Positions 61,006 through 64,000 of a stretch of 64,000 nt of DNA are shown here, piece after piece. Below the pieces are notes generated by a model. It did no database searches. It saw only the letters and a program-made list of their open reading frames with translations, and was not told the origin of the DNA. The stretch covers positions 62,001 through 126,000 of the forward strand of contig NIVC01000280.1 in NCBI GenBank assembly GCA_002269645.1, in the 5' to 3' direction. The stretch's first letter is position 1; each line of letters opens with the position of its first letter. The position numbers were made by a program, and so were the translations under genes. The DNA is from Macrostomum lignano. Its lineage: Eukaryota.

Positions 61006-61828
61006 TATTTTTCTATAGTCCACGTCATCAGTAAAATTTTGCTTTTGTTAAAAAAACATTCAGTCGCATATTGACGCAATGGTCTCAGCATGAAAACCTG
61101 GTAGAGCAGAAATAGACTTTTCTGCTGCTGAGAAGGTTGACTAGTCAAATAAAAGTGAGCAGTTTGTTGTCACACTCGACAGCAACAGCTTTCTTTTTTT
61201 TACATTTTATTGGGAAATTTGCAGCAGGTGCCTTTCAGGTGATTTGAAGGATCTGTTGAAGAGCGAGCATATATTTCTGAATTTTTATTCTACTGAATCT
61301 GATGGAGTGTCAGAGGCTTTTTCAACTCTGCATCTGCATGCAGGGCTGGGAAGAATTAACAAAGGGATTGCTAGATTTTATTGGGAGCCAGAGGCTCTGT
61401 CTCCGTCCAGCTGCCGCGTTCGCATCATCAGGGGAGGGATAAGTGTAGCAGACATGAGATATTGTAAGCTATTATTGACAGTGCTGGGAGTTCAGGTAGG
61501 GTCAGGGAGTGCATAGCATAAATAGTGACAAGTGAACTTCGTTCCATAGGTTGTTGGGTTACGTAAACTTATTCAGTCGAATACTAACCGCGGCTAAATT
61601 TGCTTAACTTGCCATGGCATCAACCTCAATAAAATTTTGTTAATGAATCTTTTGAAATGAAAAAATATCTGTAAAAATCGGGAACCGTGAGATCAGCTGA
61701 TCTAGCTGAAACGCTGCACTCTATGGCAATTAGTTGTCAACTGCACCCTCGAGTTTTTTCTCTGCGGCTTGCTGATCGATAAGAATTTTCGTCTGCCAAT
61801 CTCGTCCCGTCCGTCAGCCCAAGCCGTC

Positions 61829-64000
61829 ATGAAGCCTCGCCGGCCAGGCGCCAACTCGGACAGCGACGGCAACGCTGGTCCCGCGCCGTTCTACAAGGCG
61901 CCGGAGTTCTGCTGCGCACAGGGCCTCGCCGACTATCGCTGCCAGCCGCTGGTGCCCGCCGCCGAGCTGCGCCGCGAAGCTGCGCTTGCCGACGTGGCTG
62001 CCGACCTCGGCGTGGTGCCCGCGGCGCTGGAGGAGCCGGAGGTGGCCTATCATACCGACAGAAAGCGTCTGGTTCTCTGCGAGTGCGACAAGTACTACTA
62101 TATGTACTATCGGTGGGTTCCGTTGCTGACTGTCCATTCCGTGGGGTGGGTGGTGCTGTGGGTGGTGGGGTGAGTGGTGGAATGGGTGCTGGGGTGAGTG
62201 GTGGAATGGGTGCTGGGGTGAGTGGTGGAATGGGTGCTGGGGTGAGTGGTAGAATGGGTGCTGGGGTGAGTGGTGGAATTGGTGCTGGGGTGAGTGGTGG
62301 AATGGGTGCTGGGGTGAGTGGTGGAATGGGTGCTGGGGTGAGTAGTGGTGGTGGTTTGGGTGGTGGAATGGGTGCTGACGGTTCTATTCGCTGAGCAAAG
62401 ACCGTTATACTCCAGCGACCCGGCGGCACCCAGCGCCTTGTCCTGCTGCAAGTCCACCGGGCGGCTGCACCTGCTAGCGAAGTCGTCACTGCCGCGGCCG
62501 GTGCGGGCCACCCACGCGGCAGAATTCGACGCCTACCTGGGCAGATTCGAGCCGCGGCTGCCCGGCTGCCAGTGGAAGCTGTTGCTGGCCGGCAGCAGCG
62601 AGCACGTGGGCCACACGGGCTCGGGGACTCAATCCGGGCGGTCACCAGCTTGCAGCTGCTGCCGCTCACCTGGTACCGCCCGATGACTCGAGGTCGCCTG
62701 GACGCCGTGCCGCCTCCCGCTGCCGACGCCTCCGAGGGCTCGGCCGGGTCCGGCCAGTTCTACGCCGACTTTGAAGGACACCTGAAATTTCACCTGGCCG
62801 GCGTGTGGGCCGAGGAGGGCGCCGAGTGCGAGCACCTGGGCATCGAGTGCCGGCACCTGGCCTGCTGCGGCAGCCGGGCGCAGCTGTTCTACTCTCCCAC
62901 TGGTGACGTCACTCGGCCGCTGCTCCAGGAGCCATCGACAGCTGCTGGGGCGTCAGCGCAGAAACTGAGGTGCGTTAAACTGTGTTGCCAAACGACTGTT
63001 TATGGGGGTGTTCCAAGCACCAGAATGCTAAGATTGATCCTATTTTTAGCTCTAGCTTTGTTAGAATGCACAATGAGGTACGTTTTATCTACATACATTT
63101 TGCACATTCGAATCTGCTATCTATTAAATACTTCGTATATGGTTAGGACTTGAAATTTCTGCACGTGTATTTAAGTAGCCATTGTAGAGTACGAAGTATC
63201 CCACTGTTTTAAAATTCAGTCAGTCAGTCAGTCAGTCAGTCAGTCAGTCAGTCAGTCAGTCAGTCAGTCAGTCAGTCAGTCAGTCAGTCAGTCAGTCAGT
63301 CAGTCAGTCAGTCAGTCAGTCAGTCAGTCAGTCAGTCAGTCAGTCAGTCAGTCAGTCAGTCAGTCAGTCAGTCAGTCAGTCAGTCAGTCAGTCAGTCAGT
63401 CAGTCAGTCAGTCAGTCAGTCAATAATATAGTCCATCTCCTTCCTGAAACCTTCCCCAAGAATTCTAACCTCGGTGCAGGAGTACCTGTGGAACTGGTTC
63501 GTCATACCGGACATTGGCAATCTGGCGGAGGCTGAGCTGGACCGCTGGCTGCATCCCGTGATGCAGGGCTCCGCCTTCTCCGGCGTGGAGAAGGACGAGT
63601 CCGGCGGTGCCTGCTGCAGCCTCACTCTGGTCACGCGGCTTGGACGGTCGCGCGGCGGCCTTCGTCCACTGCGGACGGGAGCGGACGAGTTCGGCCGGGT
63701 CGCCGGGTCTCGCCAGTGCGAGCAGCTGCTTGACTGGACGGCTGGCAGCGGCGGCGGCGGCTCCCGCCAGCGGATGGCCTTCGTGAGCCACTGCGCCCAG
63801 TTGCCGCTGCTGATGAGGCGCAATTTCCCTCTGATCGACTCGATTGGTCCCTCATCGATGTCGAAGCAGCCGCAGACGCAGCAGCCGGCGGTGGAGCTGC
63901 ACCCGGACTCGCGCAGGCAGGCCGCCACCCTCCGCCGGTGGCTGTCCGGACAGCTCGACCGGCTCGCCCGATTCGGCGGTGGCGGCGCCTCTCCACTGCC
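61829..64000 (+). CDS. Highly divergent SAC-domain protein, SAC2/INPP5F-like (runs off the window end)
   Basis: Exons 61829-62112, 62416-62969 (needs one extra G at about 62625) and 63461-end; phase 2 joins. ALSCCKSTGRLHL, WKLLL...VG, IRAVTSLQLLPL, LFYSPTGDVT, EYLWN, RWLHPVMQG and GADEFGRVA...EQ are collinear with SAC2. Confidence 0.7.
62150..62380. repeat. 24-bp intronic minisatellite
   Basis: Unit GGTGCTGGGGTGAGTGGTGGAATG. Confidence 0.92.
63217..63422. repeat. (CAGT)n microsatellite, about 51 copies
   Basis: Perfect array, ending about 40 nt before the acceptor at 63460. Confidence 0.97.

Noticed and set aside
63416-63996. Minus-strand ORFs at the right end as a gene
   Set aside because: They are shadows of the plus-strand SAC-domain exon, which is open to the window end.

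Overview
Eukaryotic (metazoan) genomic DNA, not prokaryotic. It has GC-rich spliced exons with GT-AG introns, AT-rich spacers, and roughly a quarter of the window in about 25 different mini/microsatellite arrays (about half of 17.8-44.2 kb). This style resembles the flatworm Macrostomum lignano, which is my inference and not verified. Hand-built, phase-checked gene models: an intronless peptide-type class A GPCR (-, four 1-nt frameshifts), a divergent ERLEC1/OS-9-like MRH protein (+), an LZTS/Fez1 coiled-coil gene (+), a KLF2/4-type zinc finger gene (-), an unrecognised 4-exon gene with one in-frame TAG (-), an otopetrin (-, at least 6 exons), a GPI-anchored Ly6/three-finger protein (+), a minimal non-alpha Cys-loop channel subunit (+), GDPD1/GDE4 (+), a secreted PAN + LamG-like protein (+, two frameshifts) and a very divergent SAC2/INPP5F-like gene running off the right end (+). 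LINE, piggyBac and possible LTR/Penelope relics are also present. Most long ORFs in the supplied track are repeat artefacts. The best lead is a pair of inverted copies of one 23-bp minisatellite sitting right beside the outer splice sites of two otopetrin exons (642 nt, frame-preserving), which is classic back-splicing/exon-skipping geometry. More broadly, several intronic arrays are built from splice-site-like units. All family calls come from motif recognition by eye; no database search was run.
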